In this document: one piece after another, positions 26,947-37,396 of the stretch
How the letters are laid out: each line of letters opens with the position of its first letter
Position numbering within the stretch: position 1 is the first letter of the stretch
Origin: an uncultured Mollicutes bacterium
Lineage (GTDB): Bacteria; Bacillota_I; Bacilli_A; ML615J-28; CAG-313
Assembly: GCA_900548675.1 (NCBI GenBank)
Contig: URLJ01000005.1
Location: 4,412-68,411 of the forward strand
Length of the DNA stretch: 64,000 nucleotides
Reading direction: 5' to 3'
Notes under the pieces: model-generated
Databases searched by the model: none
What the model saw: only the letters and a program-made list of their open reading frames with translations
Told to the model about the DNA's origin: nothing
Made by a program: the position numbers and the translations under genes

Positions 26947-28593
26947 TTATTGTTTATTTTGAAGTTTCTTTAATTTTAAACGACGATATCTAGCTTTATC
27001 TGATGCCTTTTTATAGATTGTTATAGCGACAAAAATTCCAATAATTGCGATGATTACCGATATCCAAATCCAGTTAATTTCATTTCCTTTTACACTTAAC
27101 CACATTTTAATAACATCTTCTGTAGCATCTCCAAAGTCTTCCATGATGCCACATCTGTTTACTTCTTCTTCAGTGGGATACTGAGCTGTAAACTGGTTAC
27201 CGATGTAGGTTTTGTTAATGTAAAACTCGGCTTTATCAGTTGAGGTATCTTCACAGAAGAAGTAACTTAAATCCACTACTTCCATAAAGTCGCACCACTT
27301 TAATCCGGTATTTTCCGTATCGATATATATATATTCACCATTTATAGTAATTTCAGCATCATCTAAACTTTCTATTGCGTCTTTTTTAACACTTGTATCT
27401 TGGCCATCAAAAATTATATAGTCATTATCATCTAGTGTTTCAATTTCAAAACTATTAATGCCATACCATTCATCAATTATCGTTTTGATATCTTCGCCTC
27501 CGATTGCGGAAGTATAACCAATCTTGTTCATATTTCTAGCAGCAATACTTGGAATACACAAGAAATTAAGAAAAGCTTCTGATAATTCAACATTAGCTCC
27601 TTTAGGCATAACCCAACCATCGAACCAAATGTTGCTTCCTTCTAGTGGTATTTGATAACTTAGACCAATTCCTTCTTCTTCGGCTAACTGCATCGAGTAA
27701 ACTGCATCACCACTCCAAGCAAGGTTCATATATATTTGGCCAGTAACTATATCACTTTTAGCACTATCTACTTCAAAGCCACGAACATTCTTTTTTAGGG
27801 TTTCTAAACGTTTTTCAACTTTAGATATCGTTTTTTTATCATGGCGATTAACAATTTCATTTAGTTCTTTTTGATAGGCTAATTTTGAAATCTCCCCTGT
27901 TTCGTATTTATCTCGCAAAGTTTTTAATTCATCTTGATATTCATTAACAACTCCGATGAAATAAGTATCGCGAACTGAATCTTTTGTAGAAACATTACCT
28001 TTTAGTTTGCTATCCCACATTACATTCCATGAAGTGAGATCTAATCCTTCAATTTGGGATATTTTCTCTTCATTATAAACGATACCTAATGTTCCCCACA
28101 TATAACCGATTGAGTATTTGTCCCAACCTCTTTCTTTAAAAAGTTTTTTAAAGAAAGGTGAGCCATATTTAGCATAGTTAGATAACGTTCCATCTTCTTT
28201 GATATTACCTTCATCATCAAAAGCATTAGTTGAAAATTTTTCAAGCATATCTTCTCTTATCATTTTTTGAATCATATAGTCAGAAGGACAAAGAAGATCA
28301 TATTTAGCACTACCACTTTTTACTTTATTGTACATTGTTTCAGGTGTATCAAAAGTAGAATATTCTATTTTTACTTTTTTACCAGTTTCTTTAAAATAGT
28401 ATGCTTCAAAGTCCTCAATAACTGAGGAAGTTCTTTCGGTATCATCATCGCTTATACCATCATCAATATAATCACCCCAGTTATAAACTCTAAGTACTAA
28501 GGTTTTATCTTTACCACATGATGCTAAACCGAAAGATGCAAAGAAAATAAGACTAACTAAAAGGGTTATTTTTATAAATTTTATTCTTTTCAT
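26947..28593 (-). CDS. potD: Spermidine/putrescine ABC transporter substrate-binding lipoprotein (PotD-like), C-terminally extended with a TM anchor
   Basis: Lipoprotein signal (LASCGKD). VYNWGDYI PotD-like motif. C-terminal TM WIWISVIIAIIGIFVAITIY. Confidence 0.75.
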   Translation of the reverse strand: MKRIKFIKITLLVSLIFFASFGLASCGKDKTLVLRVYNWGDYIDDGISDDDTERTSSVIEDFEAYYFKETGKKVKIEYSTFDTPETMYNKVKSGSAKYDLLCPSDYMIQKMIREDMLEKFSTNAFDDEGNIKEDGTLSNYAKYGSPFFKKLFKERGWDKYSIGYMWGTLGIVYNEEKISQIEGLDLTSWNVMWDSKLKGNVSTKDSVRDTYFIGVVNEYQDELKTLRDKYETGEISKLAYQKELNEIVNRHDKKTISKVEKRLETLKKNVRGFEVDSAKSDIVTGQIYMNLAWSGDAVYSMQLAEEEGIGLSYQIPLEGSNIWFDGWVMPKGANVELSEAFLNFLCIPSIAARNMNKIGYTSAIGGEDIKTIIDEWYGINSFEIETLDDNDYIIFDGQDTSVKKDAIESLDDAEITINGEYIYIDTENTGLKWCDFMEVVDLSYFFCEDTSTDKAEFYINKTYIGNQFTAQYPTEEEVNRCGIMEDFGDATEDVIKMWLSVKGNEINWIWISVIIAIIGIFVAITIYKKASDKARYRRLKLKKLQNKQ

Positions 28594-29399
28594 TTGGCAC
28601 CTCTACTAACAATACTACGATTTCTTTTAGCTACCATATTAGTTCTAATATTGTATATTATCAATAAACCAAGGGTTATAACAAAAATAATGGTTGTTAA
28701 AGCTCTTAATTCGATCGGAGCTCCACTTCGCATTAGGCGGTCATAAACAAAAGTACTAATAGTATCAAAACTAGAAGGTTTAGTGAAAGCTGTTATAATA
28801 AAATCATCGAGTGATAGTGTCACAGATAGTAAGAAACCTGAAAATATTCCTGGCATTATTTCTGGTAGAATTACTTTTCTTAATGCGAAACCTGGTTTAG
28901 CTCCAAGATCAAGAGCGGCTTCATAAATGTTAGGATCCATTTGTTTTAGTTTAGGCGTAACACTTAAAACTACAAACGGAACGGTTAACACAACGTGGCC
29001 AACGAGGAGAGTAAAGAAACTTGTTTCCATATTTACTACTGAAAATAGTATTAATAAAGATAAAGCTATTACAATTTCAGGATTCATAACCGGTATTTGA
29101 CCTACCATTTCATAAACTGTTCGCATTTTACGATTAGAATAGAAAATACCTATAGCTCCAAGCGTACCAAGAACAGTAGAGATAACGGCGCTAACACCGG
29201 CTATTAAAAAGGTATTTTTAGTAGCAGTCATGAGTTCTTTATGTTTGAATAATCTAAAGTACAAATCAAATGTAAAATTCCCCCATAAGCCTTGAACTTT
29301 ACTATCCGTAAAACTAAAGACAATTAGATAAATGATAGGGGCATATGCTAGTAAAAGTACTAAATATACATATGTTTTTGATAGAATTTTCTTTACCAT
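28590..29399 (-). CDS. potC: Spermidine/putrescine ABC transporter permease
   Basis: Six-TM ABC permease with the EAA-loop region (EAALDLGAKP). Confidence 0.8.
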   Translation of the reverse strand: MVKKILSKTYVYLVLLLAYAPIIYLIVFSFTDSKVQGLWGNFTFDLYFRLFKHKELMTATKNTFLIAGVSAVISTVLGTLGAIGIFYSNRKMRTVYEMVGQIPVMNPEIVIALSLLILFSVVNMETSFFTLLVGHVVLTVPFVVLSVTPKLKQMDPNIYEAALDLGAKPGFALRKVILPEIMPGIFSGFLLSVTLSLDDFIITAFTKPSSFDTISTFVYDRLMRSGAPIELRALTTIIFVITLGLLIIYNIRTNMVAKRNRSIVSRGAK

Positions 29400-30214
29400 A
29401 AGCCACCTCTAACATTTTCAGTTTTATCTTTCTTACGCGTTAAGAACATGCTAATACCCATAATAATTAACATAATAAGAGCCATAAAGCTACCCATATT
29501 TTGGCTTAAAGTTGTAAGTACTAAATTAATAGAACTTCCGATTACTGATACTTTAGCATTACCTAAAATGTCTGTTATCGCATACGACGACATTGTTGGA
29601 ACAAAGACCATCGAAATAGCTGATAAAATACCTGGATATGACATAGGAATAATTACTCTAAAAAATGTTTGATATGGTTTAGCTCCAAGATCATTAGCAG
29701 CTTCTATCACACTTTTATCCATTTTAATCATCGTTGTATATAATGGTAAAATAACAAATGGTAAGAAGTTATAAACCATACCAATCATTGTTGATACAAG
29801 TGAGTAATTAGATAAATGTAAAATATGTAATAAATCTCTTGTAGCATATGTTCTTAAAATAAAATTAATCCACATCGGCATTATGAATAAAATAACCATA
29901 AAGAAATTAAATTTGTATTCTTTTTTAGCAAGGATATATGCAAGAGGATATCCAATAAGAAGGCAAATAGCAGTATTTGCAATACCAATTATAGCACTTG
30001 TTACAAGCGAGTTAATATAATCAGCATTAGTGAAGAATTCTACAGCATTTTTAAATGTAAAATGACCATTTCCATCACTAAAAGCATAAATTATAATTAA
30101 GACTAAAGGTACAGCAACAAAGACCGCAATAAAGGCTAAATAAGGGATTGCGAGAAGTTTTCGTGAAAAATGAACTTCTTGTGTTCTAACTTTTTTCTCA
30201 TTATTCTTTAGCAT
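29393..30214 (-). CDS. potB: Spermidine/putrescine ABC transporter permease
   Basis: ABC permease; EAANDLGAKP EAA loop. Confidence 0.8.
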   Translation of the reverse strand: MLKNNEKKVRTQEVHFSRKLLAIPYLAFIAVFVAVPLVLIIIYAFSDGNGHFTFKNAVEFFTNADYINSLVTSAIIGIANTAICLLIGYPLAYILAKKEYKFNFFMVILFIMPMWINFILRTYATRDLLHILHLSNYSLVSTMIGMVYNFLPFVILPLYTTMIKMDKSVIEAANDLGAKPYQTFFRVIIPMSYPGILSAISMVFVPTMSSYAITDILGNAKVSVIGSSINLVLTTLSQNMGSFMALIMLIIMGISMFLTRKKDKTENVRGGLW

Positions 30215-31706
30215 ATTTCTTTACCTCATCTTTTAAGGTAAGTTTAATTTTAGCTGGATCTACTTTAACACTTACACGGTCAAATTCATTCCAAGTATAT
30301 TCTGTATCTACGACGAAATCTTCATCATTGGCGGTTCTAATGATTACTTGATAGTGGTCACCTTTATATATTATTGAAACAATTTCCCCTGCTACTATGC
30401 CATCTTCTTCGTTATCGATGATTTCAATATCATGAAGACCTATTTCAGCTTTAACATCAGCATCAGTTAAATCATATTTAGTGCCGGCAGCATCCACTAG
30501 ATAACCTTCTTCATCAAGATGAGAACCTGGCAATAATTGCGTTACATCACATTCAAAAGCACCATCATCTATTACTACGCGATTTTGTTTATCAATATAT
30601 GCTTCATATATATTACTAGTAAATAATTTTTTCATAATATGAATGTTTTCAGGAGTTATGGAAATGGAAGCCATACAATCAATTTCATGGTTTTTTGTAT
30701 CTTGAATAATAACTTCATTTTTACCGACCATCATAATGTATTCATAGTGTACCCCTTTGAATACTTTACTGATCAGTTTTCCGTCAACCATTCCTGTTCC
30801 AGGCGCACTAATTTTTACATCTTCAGGACGAAGAACAACATCCACTTTTTCATTTATTGGAAATTCATCAACACAATCAAAAACTTTATTTAGAAAACGA
30901 ATCTTTTTGTCCCCAACAATTGTTCCTTCATATATATTACTTTCACCAATAAAGTCTGCGACAAAAGCATTTTTGGGTTCGTTATATATATCTTCAGGTC
31001 TACCGATCTGTTGAATGCAACCATCTTTCATGACAACAATTGTATCACTCATCGTAAGTGCTTCTTCTTGGTCATGGGTAACATATATAAAAGTTATTCC
31101 TAACTTTTTATGCATTTCTTTTAATTCCATTTGCATGTCTTGACGCATTTTTAAATCAAGTGCGCCTAGAGGCTCATCAAGTAATAAGATTTCTGGTTCA
31201 TTAACGATTGCACGAGCGATTGCGATACGTTGTTGTTGCCCACCACTTAATGTTGAAATGTTACGATATTCAAATTCTTCTAGATCGACAATTTTTAAAG
31301 CTTTTGTTACTTTTTCATCAATTTCATCACGAGTAAGTTTTCTTGTTTTAGTAACAATATTACCATTTTTATCTTTTACTTCTTCCGTAATTTTCTTAAG
31401 TTTTAAGCCGAAAGCGACATTATTATAAACATCAAGATGAGGAAACAAAGCATAGCGTTGAAAAACAGTATTAACAGGTCTTTCATATGGAGGAAGATGA
31501 GTTATATCTTTTCCATTTAGTAAAATTTTTCCTTCAGTTGGGAGTTCAAACCCTGCGATCATTCTAAGTGTTGTAGTTTTACCACATCCAGATGGACCTA
31601 GGAAAGTTATAAATTCCCCTTTATTAACATATAGATTAAAGTTTTCAACGGCATATACATCATCATATTTTTTAGATACATTGATAAGTTCAATTATTTT
31701 TTCCAT
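30201..31706 (-). CDS. potA: Spermidine/putrescine ABC transporter ATP-binding protein with ~130-aa C-terminal extension
   Basis: Walker A GPSGCGKTT, signature LSGGQQQRIAIARA, Walker B LLLDEPLGALD. 501 aa. Confidence 0.85.
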   Translation of the reverse strand: MEKIIELINVSKKYDDVYAVENFNLYVNKGEFITFLGPSGCGKTTTLRMIAGFELPTEGKILLNGKDITHLPPYERPVNTVFQRYALFPHLDVYNNVAFGLKLKKITEEVKDKNGNIVTKTRKLTRDEIDEKVTKALKIVDLEEFEYRNISTLSGGQQQRIAIARAIVNEPEILLLDEPLGALDLKMRQDMQMELKEMHKKLGITFIYVTHDQEEALTMSDTIVVMKDGCIQQIGRPEDIYNEPKNAFVADFIGESNIYEGTIVGDKKIRFLNKVFDCVDEFPINEKVDVVLRPEDVKISAPGTGMVDGKLISKVFKGVHYEYIMMVGKNEVIIQDTKNHEIDCMASISITPENIHIMKKLFTSNIYEAYIDKQNRVVIDDGAFECDVTQLLPGSHLDEEGYLVDAAGTKYDLTDADVKAEIGLHDIEIIDNEEDGIVAGEIVSIIYKGDHYQVIIRTANDEDFVVDTEYTWNEFDRVSVKVDPAKIKLTLKDEVKKYAKE

Positions 31707-31716
31707 TTGTTACTCC

Positions 31717-32250
31717 TTAAAAATTTGGTGGACTACTTACCCAAATAATTTTGGCAGGTTTGTCCTTCATATTTTTTAAATAGTGATTTTTATTAGTTAC
31801 AAAATAGAATGCTTCACCCTTTTTGCATACTTCTTTTCTATTTCCGTACACTACCACTATTTCCCCTTCTAACACATACCCAAATTCTTCGCCTTCATGT
31901 GGCATATCAATATCCGATGTTGACTTTGCATTAATCGTGTAAAGTATCGGTTCCATTTCATTTTTCTGACTATTAGGAACGAGCCATGTCATCGTTGAAT
32001 CAGAAGATGTTTTGACAAAGAAATCTTCTTTTTTAAAAACGATTGCTTCATCTTCTTCTTCCGAAAAGAATTCTTTTAAATTAGTACCTAGCGCTGACAA
32101 AATATCCGTCAGAGTACTTATTGAAGGACTTGTCAAATCATTTTCAATTTGAGATATATATCCTTTAGTTAAATCGCAACGATTAGCAAGCTCTTCTTGG
32201 GTTAAACCATATAGAGTCCTCAATTGTTTTATATTGCTGCCAATACTCAT
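31717..32250 (-). CDS. XRE HTH plus cupin-domain transcriptional regulator (PuuR-like)
   Basis: N-terminal HTH (LTQEELANRCDLTKGYISQIEND) and a C-terminal cupin (GEEFGYVLEGEIVVVYG). Confidence 0.7.
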   Translation of the reverse strand: MSIGSNIKQLRTLYGLTQEELANRCDLTKGYISQIENDLTSPSISTLTDILSALGTNLKEFFSEEEDEAIVFKKEDFFVKTSSDSTMTWLVPNSQKNEMEPILYTINAKSTSDIDMPHEGEEFGYVLEGEIVVVYGNRKEVCKKGEAFYFVTNKNHYLKNMKDKPAKIIWVSSPPNF

Positions 32251-32388
32251 ATGTCCTCCTCTACTAAACTTTTTGTTTAGTATTATTAAACATATATATT
32301 ATATATTATTTCTCCATTTTGTCAAGTGATATACGCTAAATAAAAGGAATTTGCTTTTAATCTGCAAATTCCTTTTTCACTTTATTTT

Positions 32389-32733
32389 TTACACATCTTT
32401 GCTTTCAAAAGTTTTACACATCGTAGTAGCGGCATTTTTGGCTTGATCGCCATCTGCGGTCTTTTTTATTTCAATTCTATCAGCTCTACATCTTGAATCA
32501 CATTCAAATACGCAGTTTACAGCATCACAATATACTGATGTTTCAGGTTTAAATGTTTCTTCAAATTTTGCAAATTCATAGTTGTAACTCCCTCTACCTT
32601 TAGGGACGAAACTTAAGCAAGCAGTATCTTTTTTGCATCTTGCTTCTGGCCCTTCAACATCAATTGCACCTCTTGCGCATAGATGATCTGCATTATAACT
32701 GCATTCTGAAACTTCACATTTTAATTTTGGCAT
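32389..32733 (-). CDS. DUF1540 cysteine-rich protein
   Basis: Repeated Cys-containing modules (CEVSECSYN...HLC; CDAVNCVFECDSRC). Confidence 0.55.
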   Translation of the reverse strand: MPKLKCEVSECSYNADHLCARGAIDVEGPEARCKKDTACLSFVPKGRGSYNYEFAKFEETFKPETSVYCDAVNCVFECDSRCRADRIEIKKTADGDQAKNAATTMCKTFESKDV

Positions 32734-32821
32734 TGTTTTTCCTCCTTTTTGTTATTACTATTTTTTGATAAATGTTTGAAAATATACAATTTTTTTTATT
32801 TTTATTTATTTATCATATCGT

Positions 32822-32850
32822 TTGACAAAACAGGTGAAATAACGTATAAT
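32822..32850 (+). promoter_or_regulatory. Consensus sigma-70 promoter for the tRNA-Ser/tRNA-Glu operon
   Basis: TTGACA, 17 nt, TATAAT directly upstream of tRNA-Ser. Confidence 0.7.
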
Positions 32851-32860
32851 ACTATAGCCT

Positions 32861-32951
32861 GGAGCAATACTCAAGAGGCTGAAGAGGCGCCCCTGCTAAG
32901 GGCGTAGGTCGGGAAACTGGCGCAAGGGTTCAAATCCCTTTTGCTCCGCCA
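32861..32951 (+). tRNA. tRNA-Ser (GCT)
   Basis: GGAGCAA acceptor, anticodon loop CTGCTAA, long variable arm, TTCAAAT T-loop, encoded CCA. Confidence 0.85.
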
Positions 32952-32955
32952 TCTT

Positions 32956-33032
32956 GGTCCATTGGAGAAGTGGCTTAACTCACATGCCTTTCACGCATGC
33001 ATTCATGGGTTCGAATCCCGTATGGATCACCA
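32956..33032 (+). tRNA. tRNA-Glu (TTC)
   Basis: CATGC/GCATG anticodon stem with loop CTTTCAC, GGGTTCGAATCCC T-arm, encoded CCA. Confidence 0.8.
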
Positions 33033-33048
33033 TTAATTGAAATTTATT

Positions 33049-33078
33049 AGTCTTCTTTAAAGAAGGCTAATTTTTTGT
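33049..33078 (+). terminator. Rho-independent terminator of the tRNA operon
   Basis: TAGTCTTCTTT/AAAGAAGGCTA hairpin followed by ATTTTTTG. Confidence 0.6.
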
Positions 33079-33269
33079 TTTACAAATTTGGAAACTTTAG
33101 TTTCTATGGGATTCGAACCTATAAGAGATAAAGAAGGAAATTAATTTGAATTTGGTATATAATACTTTCAGTTTAGTTTGATTTTACTCATCTGTTGATT
33201 TGTAGTTTTATATAAATTTATAAAGTATAATTATATTGTAAGCTTACAATTATAATATTAAAAATTATC

Positions 33270-33500
33270 GTTTAGCTGAAGGTATGACTCAAGAAAATTG
33301 GCTGAATATACAAGAGTTAGTTCGCGTGATATTTCAAGATGGGAAATAATACTTACCATGATATTTCATTACTTCTAGTACTTGCAGATACCTTTGAAGT
33401 TACTGTGGATGCATTGCTTGATGCAAATGTTTATAAAAAAGAACATGATTTAAAAGTATACTTATTGAAAATCAAAAATATAAATACACTGGTGATAAAG
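33270..33500 (+). pseudogene. Possible decayed XRE-type HTH gene fragment
   Basis: Different frames give YRLAEGMTQENWLNIQELVRVIFQDGK and LLLVLADTFEVTVDALLDANVYKK, an HTH then a helix-3/ELL-like motif, interrupted by stops. Confidence 0.25.
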
Positions 33501-33898
33501 AATATAGTCTTTTTATAAAATAAGCGACATATTTTTATTGAATACACCCCTCAAAAAAAGAAAACATTTTTGTAAATATTATTTATCAGAAAAATCAAAA
33601 GTATGATATAATATTATTGAACCATGGGAAGGCTTGGGTAATGCCTGAATCCAAATATTCCATTTATGGGAAAAGTAGGTTTATACAGCCTACTTTTTTT
33701 ATTTGTTTCATATTTTTGGTACAGTTTTTAAAAAAGAGTGAAACTATAAATGTTAAAATAAAACATTTCGTAGTAATGACACATTAGTTGAAATCTATCA
33801 GTCTTCTAATAAAGAAAACTAATTTTTAATATATGGAGTATATAAAAAGGTAATAGATCCTAAGATGTTTTCGTATCTATTACCTTTTTTTATTTTAT

Positions 33899-35320
33899 TT
33901 AATTATTTTCAATTATTCTTATCGTGTTAGTAACACCATGTTTTTGACCAAAGCCACTCGTAATAATGATGTTAGCATTTTTATTGATGCCTAGACTTTC
34001 AGCAACTTCTTTAGCTATCTCATCACACATACTGATGTCATCAATATAATTAACAATAACTGGATATACTCCCCAGTAATAACTAAGTTTTCGGCAAGTT
34101 TCAGGAGTATTCGTACAAGCAACAATCGGTGCATTAGGACGATATTTACAGATTCTTTTAGCTGTACCACCTGTTTCTGTAAAAGCCATAATCGCTTCTA
34201 CTTTATCAAGGGTTAAACAACATTGGGCAACGCAAGCACCTATAGCATCATTTTTAGAATGTTGATTATATTTTTGATTATCGTTTAAAAGTTTTTCATA
34301 ATCAATTGTCGCTTCTACAGCTCTCGCAATTTTATCCATATATTTGACACTTTCAACAGGGTATTTACCGATCGCCGATTCACCACTAAGCATTATCGCA
34401 TCGCTACCATCTAAAATGGCGTTAGCAACATCGCTAGTTTCAGCTCTTGTTGGACGTGGTGATGATATCATAGATTCCATCATATGAGTAGCTGTAATAA
34501 CTGGCTTTCCAAAATGATTAGCCATTTTTATCATTTGTTTTTGGTATAATGGCACCAACTCTTGAGCTATTTCCACTCCCAAATCTCCTCTTGCTACCAT
34601 TATTCCATCGGCTGTTTTAATAATTCCTTCAAGATTATTTAAAGCTTCTTGACATTCAATTTTAGCTATTATTTCCATATTAGGACGGCCAAACTCTTTT
34701 AATAGTTTTCTTACTTCAAGAATGTCTTCTTCTCTACGAACAAATGACAATGCGATTAAATCAAAACCTTGTTCACAGCCAAATTTGATGTCGTTATAAT
34801 CTTTTTCTGAAACGAAAGGCATGGAAAGTTTTACACCAGGAACATTGATGCCTTTTTTGTTTTTAATGACACCACTTGTATTAACACGGCAATTGAATTC
34901 TTCATCAGTTTTACTAATGACGCTTAAAGACATCTTACCATCATCAATAAGTACTTCATCACCTACGGAAATATCACTAAAAAGTTCTTTACAATTGACG
35001 TAAAAACGTTCGTTGTTTCCAAGGATTTCTTCACTTACTATTTTAACAATGTCTCCTTCGTTAAAGTAAACTTCATCATTTACAAAATTACCTGTTCTAA
35101 TTTCAGGGCCTTTTGTATCAAGCATTATGCCGACATATTTATTTGTTTTAGCACTAGCAGTTCTAATTCTCGCAATTCGTTTAACGGATTCACTGATATC
35201 ACCATGTGAGAAATTTAATCTAGCAACGTTCATTCCCGCCTCAAACATTTTAATTAACATTTTCTCCGATTCAATTGCAGGTCCTACTGTGCAAATTATT
35301 TTTGTTTTACGTATATTCAT
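33899..35320 (-). CDS. pyk: Pyruvate kinase
   Basis: MNIRKTKIICTVGPA...NFSHGD...; full-length 473 aa. Confidence 0.9.
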   Translation of the reverse strand: MNIRKTKIICTVGPAIESEKMLIKMFEAGMNVARLNFSHGDISESVKRIARIRTASAKTNKYVGIMLDTKGPEIRTGNFVNDEVYFNEGDIVKIVSEEILGNNERFYVNCKELFSDISVGDEVLIDDGKMSLSVISKTDEEFNCRVNTSGVIKNKKGINVPGVKLSMPFVSEKDYNDIKFGCEQGFDLIALSFVRREEDILEVRKLLKEFGRPNMEIIAKIECQEALNNLEGIIKTADGIMVARGDLGVEIAQELVPLYQKQMIKMANHFGKPVITATHMMESMISSPRPTRAETSDVANAILDGSDAIMLSGESAIGKYPVESVKYMDKIARAVEATIDYEKLLNDNQKYNQHSKNDAIGACVAQCCLTLDKVEAIMAFTETGGTAKRICKYRPNAPIVACTNTPETCRKLSYYWGVYPVIVNYIDDISMCDEIAKEVAESLGINKNANIIITSGFGQKHGVTNTIRIIENN

Positions 35321-35332
35321 TTACTTTTTCTC

Positions 35333-35860
35333 CTATTTTAAATTGTTAGGTGATAATTCATAACAAACTGCTGTCTGCCAATTTCCGAGTTGATCGATAA
35401 AAGCATTCTCATTTATTGCGGTTTTGATGAATCCTATTTTTTCATAAACATGTTTAGCACGTTCATTGTTAATATTTGTATCTAGCACTATTTTTTTGAT
35501 CTTCTTTTTATCAAAAAGATATCCAGCCAGTAACTTTATACTAATTGTACCATATCCTTTATTTTGATAATTCACATCACAAATCTTAATGCCTATTTCA
35601 GCAGTACCATCATCTTTAATATTATAGTTCATTTCTCCCACAGGTATCCCACTTATTTCAATAATTAATAATACATTTTGAGGATTTTCTACGGCATTTT
35701 GATCAATTATTCTTTTTGTCAATTCAGGAATGTTTGTTTTAATCCCATTAGGGAATCCTGCATGAGCCATTATTTTACCATTAGCCCACCAATTTGCAAG
35801 CAACATAGCATCACTAGGACGCGCTCTTCTTATTACCACATTATCTCTTGACAAAAACAT
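35333..35860 (-). CDS. GNAT family N-acetyltransferase (RimJ/RimL-like)
   Basis: GNAT fold motifs. Probable start MFLSRDNVVIRR; the ORF track extends to 35968. Confidence 0.65.
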   Translation of the reverse strand: MFLSRDNVVIRRARPSDAMLLANWWANGKIMAHAGFPNGIKTNIPELTKRIIDQNAVENPQNVLLIIEISGIPVGEMNYNIKDDGTAEIGIKICDVNYQNKGYGTISIKLLAGYLFDKKKIKKIVLDTNINNERAKHVYEKIGFIKTAINENAFIDQLGNWQTAVCYELSPNNLK

Positions 35861-36220
35861 AATTATATATAACCTCTCTTTTTCAAAAGTATTATAGCAT
35901 TTTTTATTACTTTGTCTAATAATATGCCATTTTTTGTTATTGTGAAAGTAATGTTTTTGAATTAACACACTAATTATTCAGTCATAGTAAATTTATTTAG
36001 ATAAAGATATCGCTAGATACAGCTATAAACTTTATTATAACATCTATCATCTGCTTATTTTTACTGAGTCTAACTATAGTTTTTCTTATTTTCTATACTA
36101 ATTACTTTTTGCATCGCAAGTTAAATTTTTTTTCAATAATTATGATGAGTATGATCTAAAGTGCAAGCGTAAAATTAAAAAAGATGAAGGTTCCTTTCTT
36201 CATCTTAAGATTAATCAATT

Positions 36221-36745
36221 TTATTTAATTTTATTCATTGCGATAAGGATATGATCTAATACTTTTTTATTTTCAAAATATTGCTTAACTTCTTCTAAAT
36301 CAACATAATATTTACCACTATTAATTCCCTGCAGCAATACTTCAGCAACTAATATTTTTTTGTAGTGTTGATTATTCAAACTTTCCTCAAGATTTAAATT
36401 CATTTTATTATTTATGCCCTCAACCATACCTATATAAAACAAACTGTTTTCGCCAAAATAATTTTTAACATCTTCAATTGCTTTAAATCCACTTTCAACA
36501 TCCTTAATAGTCATGAGTTTTCTATTGTTCATAATATACGTTCCACCATGTAATAATAAATCAACGTTGGTTCCTAGAATCTCACAAAGTTCTAATAATA
36601 TTGAATAATCAGGTAATGTTTCACCAGATTCCCACTTGCTTACAGCTTGAAAAGTAATACCAAGTTTATCTGCTAATTGCTTTTGAGTTAGTTCTTTATC
36701 TTTTCTTAATTTTTGAATATATTTTCCAATTTTGATTTGATCCAT
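36221..36745 (-). CDS. XRE-family HTH transcriptional regulator with C-terminal domain
   Basis: LTQKQLADKLGITFQAVSKWESGETLP. Confidence 0.7.
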   Translation of the reverse strand: MDQIKIGKYIQKLRKDKELTQKQLADKLGITFQAVSKWESGETLPDYSILLELCEILGTNVDLLLHGGTYIMNNRKLMTIKDVESGFKAIEDVKNYFGENSLFYIGMVEGINNKMNLNLEESLNNQHYKKILVAEVLLQGINSGKYYVDLEEVKQYFENKKVLDHILIAMNKIK

Positions 36746-37396
36746 TATTTCTAATCCAACCTTTCACTATTTTTTATCTGATAATATATATATTATATCA
36801 GCATATTTTAAAAACTCTATTTTATGTGTAACAGACATAATTATGTATCCATCATTACTTGATATTTTTTAGTATCTCTTTTAATTGTTTCTTTTGACAT
36901 AAATATAACCTCTCTTCATGTTTATAGTTATATTATATAATACAAATATATACTAAACAATAACTAGAAAGTTGATTTAAATCAACTAAAAATAGAATAC
37001 ACATAAAAAAAGATGTACTACAAATTTAATAGCTTCATAAAATTTTATAATGATTAATTTTTATCAAAATCTATTTAATAATTAAGTATCAATTAATTCT
37101 TACTTTTCCATATTTTAAATTTCTAAAATAGTGATGTTTGTATTTATTTTTCTATCATTGTTCATTATCCATATTTAGTTTTGACATCTAATTATAACAT
37201 AATTTAAAAATAAAAGGAGCTATTAATAAAAATTAATAGTTCCTTTACTATGCATAATAAAATGCCGTACTCGCAATTATGCGATCTAGTAAAAACGATC
37301 TCTCGCTATACTACCTTCAATTGTTAACAACATTATACAACAACAATTAATAAATGTCAAGTAGAATGATGTCATTATTATTATATGTATATCAAA

